From positions 77,351 through 141,350 of the IMG/VR virus record IMGVR_UViG_3300020577_005688: a DNA stretch of 64,000 bases, one strand, 5' to 3'. Below are positions 20,301 to 30,203 of this stretch, in pieces. The notes beneath the pieces are model-generated. The model searched no databases. It saw only the letters and a program-made list of their open reading frames with translations, and was not told where the DNA came from. The position numbers were made by a program, and so were the translations under genes. This DNA is from a virus (taxonomy: Duplodnaviria > Caudoviricetes). Positions within the stretch are counted from its first letter, which is position 1, and each line of letters opens with the position of its first letter.

Positions 20301-21601
20301 CCACCAATCAAAACGACTCTGCCTGGAGCGACTACACTGACATCTGAGGCAGAGTTGAGAGGAATCCCAATTGTGTCGGTCAGGAGCGCATCAGGCTGGT
20401 CGATTGAGAAACGAACTGGACGATAGACGTCTGCAGTGTACGTCGCACTCGTCGTCGCATTCGAGAAGCTTGGGGCGGCCTTCTCAACCGTGACAAACGA
20501 CCCCGTCTTACTGAGGATTCGATAGAATCCTTTGTTGGGTCCCGCCTTGTAGTGGATGACGTCACCAGCTTGAACGTTCAGAATTCCAGCTGAGCCGTTA
20601 CCCATGAAGAGAGGGAGAAGGTAGTCGAGAGGGGAGCCGTACTCAGACATGAGCTGAGCGTAGGGCTTTCCTCTTGCTCCATTCACACTCCACAACGTTG
20701 CGCCGGTTTCAAAGAGGAAGGCAACGTTTGTATCGACGCGGTCTGCAATCGGGCTCGATACACCGTCATTCCTTGCAATCTGGTACCCGTTCTTGTTCGT
20801 GTTCAACCCAGACAACGAGTAGGAGCGGTTGTTTGCTGGGTCGGAGCTCGACAAGAGTCTCAGCGTGTTGCCACCGACGTTCTGAAGAATCGACCCTTCT
20901 ACTAGCACCAGATCATTCGAACCGAGAATGATGACGGAGCCGTTCAGTCCCAGGTTCAGGGTCGTTGCATCTGTTCCAGCGTAGTGAGACCCAAAGTAGA
21001 AATCGGGACCATTGACCAAGATCTCTCGTTCGGGCTCATACGAGAGCCACCTTCTCTGAAAGAAATCTTGAATGTCTCTGATGCTCTTGTTGAAGTCTAC
21101 TTGGTACAACTTCAAAAGCTCTGCACCTGCGATTTGAATGAGTGCAGACCAGAGACTCTCGAAGAGTTCCTTGCCCTCTACTCCCTGCCACACATCTCTG
21201 ATGTAGCTCCAAATCCACTTCCCATCTGGAACAATACCACGAGCATGTGGAACGAGAATCGAACGAATGCTTGAGACCGCCTGAGACTTGTCAGACGTGA
21301 ACACCCCATTTGAAACTGTAAGACCAATCACATACTCGCCGACTACGTCAGGCGAGAATGAGACAACAGAACCATCTGGGTCGACGACCTTGAATCCCTC
21401 TCCAATGACTTTCGAGCCAATGGGGACAGAATCAAAGGACCATGTGTAGGTCAGGAGAGAGCTATCCGGATCCGTGCTCTTACGACCATCAATCTTGACG
21501 ACAGAGCCAATGACACCGACTTCCGGGTCACAGACAGCGACCGCCTTTGGGAGACGAATCTCAGGAACTACTGAGGAGGTCTGAAGAGAGGTCAGGCTCA
21601 T
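17366..21601 (-). CDS. large virion structural (baseplate wedge-like) protein with N-terminal PKD/Ig-like domain
   Basis: IDGRKSTDPD..LTYTWSF...GEYVIGLTVSNG PKD-like segment; structural operon. Confidence 0.65.
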   Translation of the reverse strand: MSLTSLQTSSVVPEIRLPKAVAVCDPEVGVIGSVVKIDGRKSTDPDSSLLTYTWSFDSVPIGSKVIGEGFKVVDPDGSVVSFSPDVVGEYVIGLTVSNGVFTSDKSQAVSSIRSILVPHARGIVPDGKWIWSYIRDVWQGVEGKELFESLWSALIQIAGAELLKLYQVDFNKSIRDIQDFFQRRWLSYEPEREILVNGPDFYFGSHYAGTDATTLNLGLNGSVIILGSNDLVLVEGSILQNVGGNTLRLLSSSDPANNRSYSLSGLNTNKNGYQIARNDGVSSPIADRVDTNVAFLFETGATLWSVNGARGKPYAQLMSEYGSPLDYLLPLFMGNGSAGILNVQAGDVIHYKAGPNKGFYRILSKTGSFVTVEKAAPSFSNATTSATYTADVYRPVRFSIDQPDALLTDTIGIPLNSASDVSVVAPGRVVLIGGQCYTILRSSVDSRQRVPTVIITVDRPLLQSGLTNQSWRTPPTLISTTQDFEAEGVSPGDLIVFDVVMDGEKVCSLPCQVIGVDRGRLGFVFSNETVVPGTVPSIPSSFFTKLANDLGIDGVKLNADGTVSFSGDAATYIDTINSGLFKRKYWNQRLTPDSDIQVNPTFRIKPRIIVRNSLIPIDETVRSIPVLQNFIVPARVQERDGKFFQQKNGKEYEVPAPPITLRENIDYIVDGQFAFKGQMTFQTGSDVFEVDDGDFIDRGIRPGDEIVIVEPITLARTYYVQAVLSPTRLKLTRAIPTYPPTGFVTAKVRIKRKRSGNFIRFTPGTFTAKEPAPSRFWAEVTFFDNNENIENNFGILVGLTREDIEAVSENINYRQAVSGLMYAFLKGSALEKVRLGAQILLGLPFSEHRGIIRSIETDYRLGIDGSPILGRLLIEDVSNVGEALGTLRVYTYPIDPASDLAGLDINPSTGLEYKVGDIVERFAALSRGVEVSDYVSNPLPSTNFSLTRLLQQFHSIRVRVNDNLFTLDEIGLVSGFLKKITPSYVAFFISSVSDFADEVVIRDSTFFRIGVGSGDFVDNVSLAMPPSMNYSSRSPSAVPQIVWDEGVFWIRRSGSTLSTTDGSGVLTIPNGGVLNPRTGEDFEGPLTRAGDLVTIPNGINSGTYTVASATDTTITLSDAPAFGFETSSNARFFIKRKMTSLIHSGVSGAFVSGNPIVVLQGGLRSNGVAVGDFLINTVTGDRYSILEVIQNISTWDRVRVSPTPTATSTVAWSVYRASLIERPFPVSGTLSVTSSGSNTLTAVDPLIKAIGEIGDELQVQNTALTRVTLISPIHGYTQPALAAGSYAVKLLKKNPSGLTWDVLGRTNPSDFSDSQLRETQALATCTSGSNLVSLSMQRLVAPASGPSAVSPTTLGVLPGDLLILGGTNGTVDVGYGAGVYPIASLPGGSDVRLVVSLGTSESVSWRISRRR

Positions 21602-24300
21602 GGCGACTCGTTGAACTCAGAGAGAATGAACGCCTTTCCACCAAAGGCGTAACTAGGTACACCAGAGCTGAATTTCTGCCCAACTGCCACCTCATATCCG
21701 TTCGAGTGGCCCCATCGGAAGAACTTCCACTTTGTAGTACTTGAGCTCGGCAAAGTGAAGTGGTTGAAGTGACCGAAGGCAACCCCAGGCGTAGTTACGT
21801 CAAGGGGGAGGTCAAAGCCATCGGTTGCGTTTCTCCAAGGAATCGTAATCAGCGGCTCTGCCATGAACGACCCAGCCCACACACGAATGCTCTGGAAAGC
21901 TTGAACCACTACTCGGTATTGATTCAAGACAGTCCAATCGACCTCACTTGAGAACTTAATGCCGAGTGGAGTCTGGTTGAGGATGTCAGATTCGGAACCA
22001 GAGCCAGGCACCACTCCGATCTTCCTTCCACCAATTCCACAATCGAAGAAGGCCAAACGAAGTCTCTTGTTCCCAAGGAAGATACAAATTCCGGCGTCTA
22101 CTGAAGTCGAGGGCGCGTTCACTCTTCCAAGGTCGTCGGTGTAGCCAACGACTTGCATCTTGAAGTCGATCTGAGCACTTCCAACATCTGTGAGAGATTG
22201 GTCCTTCTTATAGAATGCCTTGAAGGAGCTGTTGGAGAATTCACCCTTTGTAAGAGTGAACTCAGTTGGAGAGGCGGTCTCAATGTTGAGACCTGTTGTG
22301 TTGTACGTAAATCGAATCGAAGAAGGAAGCGCCACACTGTCTGGCTTGAGTGAGTCTTCAGAGTGCCAAGAAAGGAATCGACTCAGGTAGGTCAATGATG
22401 AAAGATTGAACTTCGATTCGTATGCGAGAGAAGAAGGATGCCCAAACTCGACTCTTCCTGTCGTGGAGCCCGAAAGAGGAAATGATGTCTGGCTTCCGAA
22501 GGAGTTTTGAATAGTCAGTGCCAGTTTCCCTGTTCCGATGGCTGTTGAAGCGAGCACTCCGATTCCAAGGAGGGAGCCTGTCCCAATGGTACGAATGGAG
22601 AAGAAAGAGCCTCTATCGACTGCTTCGATTTGCGATGGCCCCGACCCCGTCCAAACCGCATTCCCATTGAGTGCCGAAACGATTCCGGCGATGTCAGTCG
22701 GAGTTGAAGAGAAAGTATGAGAACGCGGGATCCAGGTAGTCCCACCATCTGTGGACACTTGGGTGTTCAGAGTGGTCCCTGTGAACGAGGTCAAAGGGAA
22801 TGCTTGGGTAGTAGAGGAGATTTGTGCAGGAGCAGAAGTTGGTGCGGATACCACTTCAACGTCATCAATCTCCATCGACACCTTACCGCGTCTTCTATCA
22901 AGGAGCACGCGAAGCAGTTTTGGGCTTCGGAAATCATTCTCAAGAGCAGGAGTGAGGTACCCGGCCGTTGATGTAGCAAGTGCTGTGGAAGTCAGAAGAC
23001 CCCAATTCCGCTCAGTGACCGTCTCAAGAGGAGCCACTTGGTAGAGGTTCAGTCCGTCATTGAAACCAAATCCACCACCAACCAAGTCTCCAATTCGAGA
23101 AATGCTCTCAGCAGAAACGAAAGCCTCCATCATGACCCCATCGGCACGCTCTTCAAGACGCGGCTCAGTTCTCTTGAACGTCATGTCGCCACCCGTGCTC
23201 TTTGAGAGCGAGAGGTGCTGAGGCTTGAGGAATGTCCCTGGTTGGTAGAAGAAACTGGAAGCCATTGGAAGACTTCCGGCCTCGAACCATCTTCCGACCT
23301 TCACATCTGTCGGCGATACAGAGTCCTTCGCACGGAACTGCAAAGGGAGGTCTGGAAGTGTCAGGACTTCTGAATCAGAGGTAGCGAGGCCATTTCTGAT
23401 AGACGAACGAAAGTCTGGGAACAGGCCCCAGTCATCCAATTGAAGAATGTCTCCAGAGCGACCGATGTTTCCAAAGAACAGGGAAGCGGTCTCAGAAGTT
23501 CCCTCCCTTCCATTCGTAAACAACATAGATGGAAACTGACCGAGAGCTCCGACAAGAATAGAACCCTGGAACACCGGGAGCGTACTGGAGGCGATTCGAG
23601 TCCAGAGCTCGGCTCGGAAAGGATTTACGAATGTGTTGAAGCGGATGAAGAGCTCAAGAACAGAGTCGTTCGCAAGACCCATCCATCCTTGAGAACCTCC
23701 AGTAACGGGGTCGAGGTCCTGAGCGATCTCCGTCTGACCAGGTCTTGCTGTACTGTACGACTGAAGAGGGCCTCCAAATACAATCGAGCCACCGGATCCA
23801 TTGTCACGCAGAAATGCGTAAGCAGCCGTATTGAAAGTCCCATGCTCAAGACCGAAATACATCCCAACCATGTTGGTCAGAGAGCACCAATCTGGATTGT
23901 AGGTTGTCCAAGCCGACTTCTTTCGAAACTTGAAGTAGCCAAGAATCGAGGCACCTTGCTGAATCGGAAACTTCAGCCGGTAGATACCCTCCTCAAAGAG
24001 AGAGTTGGTCGTCTTCGTGAGAACGACGCTCCCAGACGAGAGAGACTTCGTCACTGACCCAGAGACAGGAGCACGGTTCTCTGACGTCGAGAAAGATGTC
24101 TCAACACCAATACGCTCTGAAGTGGTATCGTTCTCGGGGAGCACTCCGTGGTTCTGAATGTTGGAGAACCCAGAATCAACTTGTACGGAAGCCAGTTGAA
24201 CGTTTTGAGTTTCGGACTTAAGTCCGAGATGAAACAACTGTCCAGGACGGACAGGCGAGGAAACATCACCAGGAACTGTGTTCACGAGTCTCAGAGCCAC
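21598..24300 (-). CDS. virion structural protein (beta-rich)
   Basis: 900-aa ORF coupled to neighbours in the tail operon. Confidence 0.6.
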   Translation of the reverse strand: MALRLVNTVPGDVSSPVRPGQLFHLGLKSETQNVQLASVQVDSGFSNIQNHGVLPENDTTSERIGVETSFSTSENRAPVSGSVTKSLSSGSVVLTKTTNSLFEEGIYRLKFPIQQGASILGYFKFRKKSAWTTYNPDWCSLTNMVGMYFGLEHGTFNTAAYAFLRDNGSGGSIVFGGPLQSYSTARPGQTEIAQDLDPVTGGSQGWMGLANDSVLELFIRFNTFVNPFRAELWTRIASSTLPVFQGSILVGALGQFPSMLFTNGREGTSETASLFFGNIGRSGDILQLDDWGLFPDFRSSIRNGLATSDSEVLTLPDLPLQFRAKDSVSPTDVKVGRWFEAGSLPMASSFFYQPGTFLKPQHLSLSKSTGGDMTFKRTEPRLEERADGVMMEAFVSAESISRIGDLVGGGFGFNDGLNLYQVAPLETVTERNWGLLTSTALATSTAGYLTPALENDFRSPKLLRVLLDRRRGKVSMEIDDVEVVSAPTSAPAQISSTTQAFPLTSFTGTTLNTQVSTDGGTTWIPRSHTFSSTPTDIAGIVSALNGNAVWTGSGPSQIEAVDRGSFFSIRTIGTGSLLGIGVLASTAIGTGKLALTIQNSFGSQTSFPLSGSTTGRVEFGHPSSLAYESKFNLSSLTYLSRFLSWHSEDSLKPDSVALPSSIRFTYNTTGLNIETASPTEFTLTKGEFSNSSFKAFYKKDQSLTDVGSAQIDFKMQVVGYTDDLGRVNAPSTSVDAGICIFLGNKRLRLAFFDCGIGGRKIGVVPGSGSESDILNQTPLGIKFSSEVDWTVLNQYRVVVQAFQSIRVWAGSFMAEPLITIPWRNATDGFDLPLDVTTPGVAFGHFNHFTLPSSSTTKWKFFRWGHSNGYEVAVGQKFSSGVPSYAFGGKAFILSEFNESP

Positions 24301-24321
24301 GGAATTCCTCAGGAGAGAGCA

Positions 24322-24603
24322 ATGGGTGTTTTCAAGGAAATGAAATCAGAAGATGTTTGGAAGGCAGTTGAGGGTCATGAGGACGTTATCACTCCTGAGC
24401 TCAAAAAGGAGGAGGCCTTCTTTAGGAATCAGGTATGCCCTCTATGTCGAAGCTCCAATCATCAGTCTTTCGTAAATCCGTCGACACCATTTGCCCCTGG
24501 TGCTGTGCTGCCGAGCAAGTTCTTGAGATGTCTTGCTTGCTCGGCAGAGTTCGACCCTTACAGTCGAATGATTACAAAAGCACCTACTGACGAACGAGGT
24601 TGA
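24322..24603 (+). CDS. 93-aa zinc-finger protein oriented against the structural operon
   Basis: SD AGGAG before ATG 24322; CPLC...CLAC; fills the 24300-24584 gap. Confidence 0.7.
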   Translation: MGVFKEMKSEDVWKAVEGHEDVITPELKKEEAFFRNQVCPLCRSSNHQSFVNPSTPFAPGAVLPSKFLRCLACSAEFDPYSRMITKAPTDERG

Positions 24604-27600
24604 TTCGTTCACCAGAAGGAAGAGGGTCCTGGCCAGAGACGTCAGGACCTGGAATAAAGTATGAGACCCGTGCAGTTCCATCGTAAGGAACCTGAGTCTC
24701 AACGCCTCCAAGCTGGTTCGAGCTGAACTCCAACCAGACCCTACGACCCCAATCGTGGAGAACTGTCACGACGCTCGTTGGGGTAATCGGGTTTCCGCCT
24801 CTCTTGGCAATGATGTCTTGAATCTCTGAGACGTCGACGGCAGTCTCGATTGGGAGGTTGTCGAGGTATGTGATGACGTCAGAGGCAACGACACTCGGTG
24901 CGCTCCCTCCAACATAGGTAGCGTCGTATGAGACGTACGTTGGCAAGAAGTGACGAACGAGAATGTTTGCCGAACTAATCCGGTCCTGTCCTGAGTTGGC
25001 AAACTCCTGGATCCTTCGAACCAAGTCAGACTGCTCGTACGTGACTTGAAGAGAGGAGCCGACAAGGTTCAAGAAGTTCTCGGCACTGTCTGTACTTCCA
25101 GTGGGGAGGATCTGAGGAGAGATCTCGATGAAGCCCTCTTCCTTCATCGAGTAGGTCAACGTCCTGTCATCTACCTTGTGACGATATCCGACGCTGGAGA
25201 AGGACTCAGGAGCAATTTCAAGATAGGAACCGTCCGACAAATTCGAAGACTCTTGAGGGTTCAGAGAGACGACTTCTGTATCGAAGAAGACGGTAGGCCC
25301 AAAGGTGTTCTGCTCCATCTCAGATGGAGTAACTCGTCGAACGTCTCTTCTGTAGATGCGGAAAGGCTGCTTCAGTCCCTTCCTCAAGACTGCCCCCAAG
25401 GGGATTGCTGCCCTGGAGATGGAGAGGTCTGTGTACGTGATGGAGGAAAGAGCATGCTCTTTCACAACCGACTCGTACATCCTGAAGGGACGGGCTGCGT
25501 AGTTCTCCGTACCGCTCAGCAAAGCGGTCGGTGCAGTTGCAGGAGCCTCTGTGATGAGGAAGTTCGCATCTGACTCAGTCTTCAGTGTCGGACTTCCAGG
25601 GAAGTTTGACGTTCTAGAGATGACGGCAGTACCAAGGACAGGCGCAGAGGTGATTTGGTACGAGCCTTGGAACGGGTACGGAAGACCGAAGACGGAAATG
25701 TACTTATTGACGTACGGAGTGAAGTCAGTTCCTGTCGAGATGAGTACGTTGTTTGTTCCGTTGTGTCCCCACTGATTCAGGGTTCCCTGGAGAAGAATAG
25801 TCGGAGTGGATTCAGTCATTGCTTGGTCGAGAATCAAGTTTCGACCATCCACATACTTCACAACACGGTAGCTTCCCTTGTCGGTTCCCTCTTCGATGAA
25901 GAAGAGATTCCCAACCATGTCTGCATTGAAGATGTTTCCTGCAGAGGTTGGGGCAGTTACTTGGTTGGACCCAGCGATAGTCTGAACGACAGACTGTCTT
26001 GCGTAGGTGGTTCCGTGGAAGAAAACCTCTTCGTGCGTGGAGAGGATATCACCATCCCGTACTCCAAGACTGAAGATGGACACTCTTCCTGGATCTGTGA
26101 ACGAGACAATGAGACCTTGAGTCAGCGCTCCGGCGACCGTAGCAGAACCTGGAGCTCCGTTATCGTCTGTGATGATTTCACCGACAACGAATTCTCCCTC
26201 AACATTCGCAAGACCGAGCGTACCTGTAAGACCCAGGTCCAGGTCACTGAGAATTGTCGCTGTTGCGCCGCTCGTTGCGCCAGTGAGTTTCCTACCAACA
26301 GTGAAGTTTGCAGTTTGGGTGGAGTAAGTGAGTGCTCCACTCAAATCCAAGTCACGAGGAAGGTCCTTTGGATCCGTGTCGCTGACCAGTCGAGGAGGGA
26401 CGATCTCCTGCTGACGATACCGATTGGGGTCAGGTCGAAACTTCACCAACTCCCCGGACTCTGTCTTGTAGATGAACTCAGTTGACTGACTGTCTCCTGT
26501 TCTCTGCTCAAGAACAGTTGGAGACATCATATATGTTCTGAGAACTCCACGAGCCGGGTCTCCCCACTCATAGTCACAGAATGCCAATGAGTCGATTGCG
26601 GTTTGGAGTGTTGGAGCAGAAGGAACAGCGGTCACTCCCAGAGTGGTAAGAGCAGAGTTGAGCTTCGTACCAAGTGAGTTGTGAAGATTCTGGAAGAACG
26701 ATGGGTAAGAGATGGCTCCCGTGATTGGAAACTCGGTTACCGAGGCACCACCGCCCACGTCGTTCAAGAAGTCGAACAACTGGCCATACACATCAACCGG
26801 GAACTTCCCGTAGATCTTGATGAAGTAGGTCCAGACTGTACGGGTTGGAGAAGCAAGCCTGTGCTTGAACTTCACAACTTCTTTGATGAGGTAACTTCCC
26901 TTGTTTGGGCCATTCTTGATGGTCAGACACTCACCAGGACGTGGATCGATTGGAGGGAAGTTCTCGGCGTCATCTGAGACTTCTGACACAGAGACGAAGT
27001 AGCTGGCCGGGTCAAAGGCATCTCCATTCCCTGCCCCATCTCCACGGAAATCGAGCTCCGAGTAGGTTGCGTCTGGGAACAGCATCGGGAAGTACCAACC
27101 GATTGCTGTGTCGAATCCAAGAGAGTACCTACGGTCTCCGGACGGGGCCGCTACTGGACCAAGTGACAGGTAAGTGGTCAGAGTGGAAGTAAGGCTTGGC
27201 AAAACAAAGCCACTCACCCTCTGAGAACCACCACGAACACGCGCAGAGGTGAAGGCCTTCGTCGGAACAACTCCAACAGGGTCAGCGAGTGGGATTTGAA
27301 TTCCAGTAGACTGACTTGAGGAGTCGAGAAGCAGCAGCTCTTTGATACGAACAAGAGGACGCTCTACAGGTTCGAGAGCAGAGAAGATCTCATACTCAAG
27401 ACCTGTGAGAGAGGCAGAGGCAGGTCTATCGAGCAACAGTCCCTGTCCTCCCAACACAGGATCAAACCCAGTGATGGTGTAGTCTCCAGCAAGGATGCCA
27501 GTCTTGACGCGAAGGATGTCACCGACTGCAGCTCCAAAACCAATCACATCATTCGACAGCAACTGGAAGAGGTTCGAACCGATGACTGTTTGAAGATCAT

Positions 27601-29239
27601 TGGCGAGGATTCCTCCGAAGGGGAACTTCGGAATCTTTGGTTCGAAAGGATCGACTTTGATCTTTCGAATGATCCGATACCTCAAATTGCTCTGGGAGTT
27701 GGCCAGATTTGAAGTGAGATACAGATTGGAGGAAGTGACCTTCATGATGACATACACACCAATGTCATCACCTGTCTCAACGCTGAGAAGGTCTCCGGGC
27801 AGAATTCCAACTGCTTGGAAATCAATCGAAGGAGTTCCAGGGTCTGCAACCTTGTTCTTCTCAGTCGTAAGCCCGAACGTCTGAAGAGTCAGACGTTCAA
27901 CAAAAGACCCTGAATCTGACAATCCCTCAAAGACAGAAGTCGAAGCAGGCTGGAGGATTGGGCGAATGTAGAAGTCAGTGTGGCCAAAAACGTGAACCTC
28001 TCCAGACGGAACAGAGAAGTTCGATTGACCAATCGAGGGCAGAGAGGAGATCTGAACGGTCCCAGGACGTGTGAACCCACCCTCGAACCCGTACCCATCG
28101 GCTACAACAACTCCTGAAGGGAACTCTCCAGAGAATCGAACCAAGTACGTCATCTGAAAGGTAGTTCCGCTCGGAACAGGGCCGACGAGAACTTCCTCAA
28201 CAGTCAGCCGAACGAGCCGAGTTGTCTGAAGAAGAGCTGGGTAGGTTGCAGTGTCGAGATACAAGTACAGAACATCTCCAGCTTTAGGAGCTTCCGCCTC
28301 TGGTCCCTCAATCGTTCTTGCCTGAACGAGGGCCAGCTTCTTCCAGATCGTCACACGTCCCGTAATCCACTGGTGTCCAGGAGATGATGCGACGAGAATG
28401 TCTCGCTGCATTTCCGGGTCTTCAGAACCGATGACTTGAACCGCTCGAAGCTCTGTTTGGAACACATCGTTCAAACGAGCGGTTGCTCCTCTTCTTGTGT
28501 TGAGGGACCTCTCGTTGAGAGCCTGTCGTGCCTGAGCAACGAAGGTCGTTGTGTCGACTCTTGCAGAACCATTCCTGAACTTCTGAAGGTTCCCAACTCG
28601 AATCACACCAAACAGACCATCAACCCCTGTGAGTTGGTTGACGTCAATGTTGTAGTCGACTCCCTCGCTCTCTGCCTTCAAAGCAACATCAAAGAAGTAC
28701 TGAGACCCAGAACGATTGAAGGCCATCTCCTCAGCAGTGATGGAGACTGGATTTGTTGGGAAGAAGCCGAGCCCAGAGGCAGTGAAGAAACGGGTCGTAA
28801 TCTCAACCTGAATATTGGTTGGGTTAGAAAAGTACAAACGACCGGTTCCCGTCGAGAATGAGCCTGCGTCTCTCTCATCGAAGACGTTTGCAACCAATGC
28901 ATCAGCGTCATCATCAGAAAGAACAGAGGGGTCTTTGAGTGATTGATTCCTCTTGATGGACTGCGTCTCTCTCTGGAACGGAGTGAGGAGCAGGATGAGA
29001 GGCTTGACGAACGTGTCTCGAATGACGCCTGGATCAGTCGCAATGAGGTCTGGAAACTCCTGAGCAAACCGGTCGGTGATGAAACTATCGATATCCGTCT
29101 CGAACGGATCCGTCCCGAGGTACGTCATCACTGGCTCGATGAATTGAATCTGAGCCGGTGACCCGGAATCCAAGTCAATCGTTGGATCGAGGGCGCGGAG
29201 ACGGTCCTCAAGGAAGGTCTTCAAATCGGTAGTGGCCAT
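24584..29239 (-). CDS. giant baseplate J (gp6/wedge)-like protein
   Basis: N-terminus LDALVANVF..R..GS.STG..RLYF, FDV...AESEG.DYNI, V.N...F.NG is baseplate-J-like; follows a gp25-like gene. Confidence 0.75.
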   Translation of the reverse strand: MATTDLKTFLEDRLRALDPTIDLDSGSPAQIQFIEPVMTYLGTDPFETDIDSFITDRFAQEFPDLIATDPGVIRDTFVKPLILLLTPFQRETQSIKRNQSLKDPSVLSDDDADALVANVFDERDAGSFSTGTGRLYFSNPTNIQVEITTRFFTASGLGFFPTNPVSITAEEMAFNRSGSQYFFDVALKAESEGVDYNIDVNQLTGVDGLFGVIRVGNLQKFRNGSARVDTTTFVAQARQALNERSLNTRRGATARLNDVFQTELRAVQVIGSEDPEMQRDILVASSPGHQWITGRVTIWKKLALVQARTIEGPEAEAPKAGDVLYLYLDTATYPALLQTTRLVRLTVEEVLVGPVPSGTTFQMTYLVRFSGEFPSGVVVADGYGFEGGFTRPGTVQISSLPSIGQSNFSVPSGEVHVFGHTDFYIRPILQPASTSVFEGLSDSGSFVERLTLQTFGLTTEKNKVADPGTPSIDFQAVGILPGDLLSVETGDDIGVYVIMKVTSSNLYLTSNLANSQSNLRYRIIRKIKVDPFEPKIPKFPFGGILANDLQTVIGSNLFQLLSNDVIGFGAAVGDILRVKTGILAGDYTITGFDPVLGGQGLLLDRPASASLTGLEYEIFSALEPVERPLVRIKELLLLDSSSQSTGIQIPLADPVGVVPTKAFTSARVRGGSQRVSGFVLPSLTSTLTTYLSLGPVAAPSGDRRYSLGFDTAIGWYFPMLFPDATYSELDFRGDGAGNGDAFDPASYFVSVSEVSDDAENFPPIDPRPGECLTIKNGPNKGSYLIKEVVKFKHRLASPTRTVWTYFIKIYGKFPVDVYGQLFDFLNDVGGGASVTEFPITGAISYPSFFQNLHNSLGTKLNSALTTLGVTAVPSAPTLQTAIDSLAFCDYEWGDPARGVLRTYMMSPTVLEQRTGDSQSTEFIYKTESGELVKFRPDPNRYRQQEIVPPRLVSDTDPKDLPRDLDLSGALTYSTQTANFTVGRKLTGATSGATATILSDLDLGLTGTLGLANVEGEFVVGEIITDDNGAPGSATVAGALTQGLIVSFTDPGRVSIFSLGVRDGDILSTHEEVFFHGTTYARQSVVQTIAGSNQVTAPTSAGNIFNADMVGNLFFIEEGTDKGSYRVVKYVDGRNLILDQAMTESTPTILLQGTLNQWGHNGTNNVLISTGTDFTPYVNKYISVFGLPYPFQGSYQITSAPVLGTAVISRTSNFPGSPTLKTESDANFLITEAPATAPTALLSGTENYAARPFRMYESVVKEHALSSITYTDLSISRAAIPLGAVLRKGLKQPFRIYRRDVRRVTPSEMEQNTFGPTVFFDTEVVSLNPQESSNLSDGSYLEIAPESFSSVGYRHKVDDRTLTYSMKEEGFIEISPQILPTGSTDSAENFLNLVGSSLQVTYEQSDLVRRIQEFANSGQDRISSANILVRHFLPTYVSYDATYVGGSAPSVVASDVITYLDNLPIETAVDVSEIQDIIAKRGGNPITPTSVVTVLHDWGRRVWLEFSSNQLGGVETQVPYDGTARVSYFIPGPDVSGQDPLPSGERINLVRQ

Positions 29240-29241
29240 GG

Positions 29242-29889
29242 TTAGCTCAAGGAGACTTCTGCAGACTGATTGATGAGATTCTTCAGACGCACTGTGGCAG
29301 ACAGAGTACCAGTTGCGTCATCAAAAGAAAGAGATTCAAGGTCAGAGGAAAGGAGCTTCTCCTCTGGCGGGATGTTCTTCCTAGAAGCCTGCAATCGAAG
29401 AATCTCCGTCTCAGTTCTCTCGATTGCAACAGTGAGGTCAGCAGCTGCTGATGAGTGTCTTCTGTCTGTCCTGGAGCCAATGATAGCTGCAGCCCCACCA
29501 CCGCTCGACGGAGTGAAGACGTCAGAACCTGGAGTGGTCAAGAACACCATCATCCAAGCCTGAACAAGTCTATCGATTCCCGAGACGGGTTTGAGCGGTT
29601 TCATGAGCTCAAGAACGACAGCCGCGCTCTTGTTCAGGATGGAAACCCCGGCGTACGCCTTGAAGTCAATCAGGTCCTTCCCGACCTGACTCGAAGGAAT
29701 TCGAACTACCAATCGAGAGTCAGACGAAACAAAGAACTCATTCGCCGTAACGCCGTTGTAGAGAATCTCAGATACAGAGTTCAGCTTTGAACCGACGACG
29801 ACAATCGAAGGAGGGTTGAACCCACGGATGGGTGCAATGGAGTAGATATCCAAGAGAGTCTTCGCCTGTACGATTCGAAAGTCTTTCAT
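29242..29889 (-). CDS. baseplate wedge gp25-like protein with N-terminal IPT/Ig-like domain
   Basis: VSGIDRLVQ...LTTPGSD.F.P..G pattern. Confidence 0.65.
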   Translation of the reverse strand: MKDFRIVQAKTLLDIYSIAPIRGFNPPSIVVVGSKLNSVSEILYNGVTANEFFVSSDSRLVVRIPSSQVGKDLIDFKAYAGVSILNKSAAVVLELMKPLKPVSGIDRLVQAWMMVFLTTPGSDVFTPSSGGGAAAIIGSRTDRRHSSAAADLTVAIERTETEILRLQASRKNIPPEEKLLSSDLESLSFDDATGTLSATVRLKNLINQSAEVSLS

Positions 29890-30203
29890 GTCGATGTACC
29901 CGAAGAATCCGTCTCAAAGATGCCAAGCTTCTGAAGCTTCGCTGGGTCTGTCCCAGCATCTTTCACAGCCTTTACTACGTCCGTGACTTCCTTCTCCAGG
30001 GCGTCCAAGGAGTCAATGAAGGAGATACGACTCCCAACACTGCTTCCCTTTGAATCAAGGAGAGCTCGCTCCTCCCCTTTCTTCAATCGAGCCACCTGCT
30101 CCTGAATCATGTGGTCGAGGGTCAAGGAGGCAGAGGCTTTGTTTACCTCAACACTTCGAATGAGGCTATAGGCCGAATGAAGAACTCGTCTCAAGTCGCT
30201 CAT
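29886..30203 (-). CDS. hypothetical protein
   Basis: ATGA-coupled 105-aa ORF. Confidence 0.6.
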   Translation of the reverse strand: MSDLRRVLHSAYSLIRSVEVNKASASLTLDHMIQEQVARLKKGEERALLDSKGSSVGSRISFIDSLDALEKEVTDVVKAVKDAGTDPAKLQKLGIFETDSSGTST

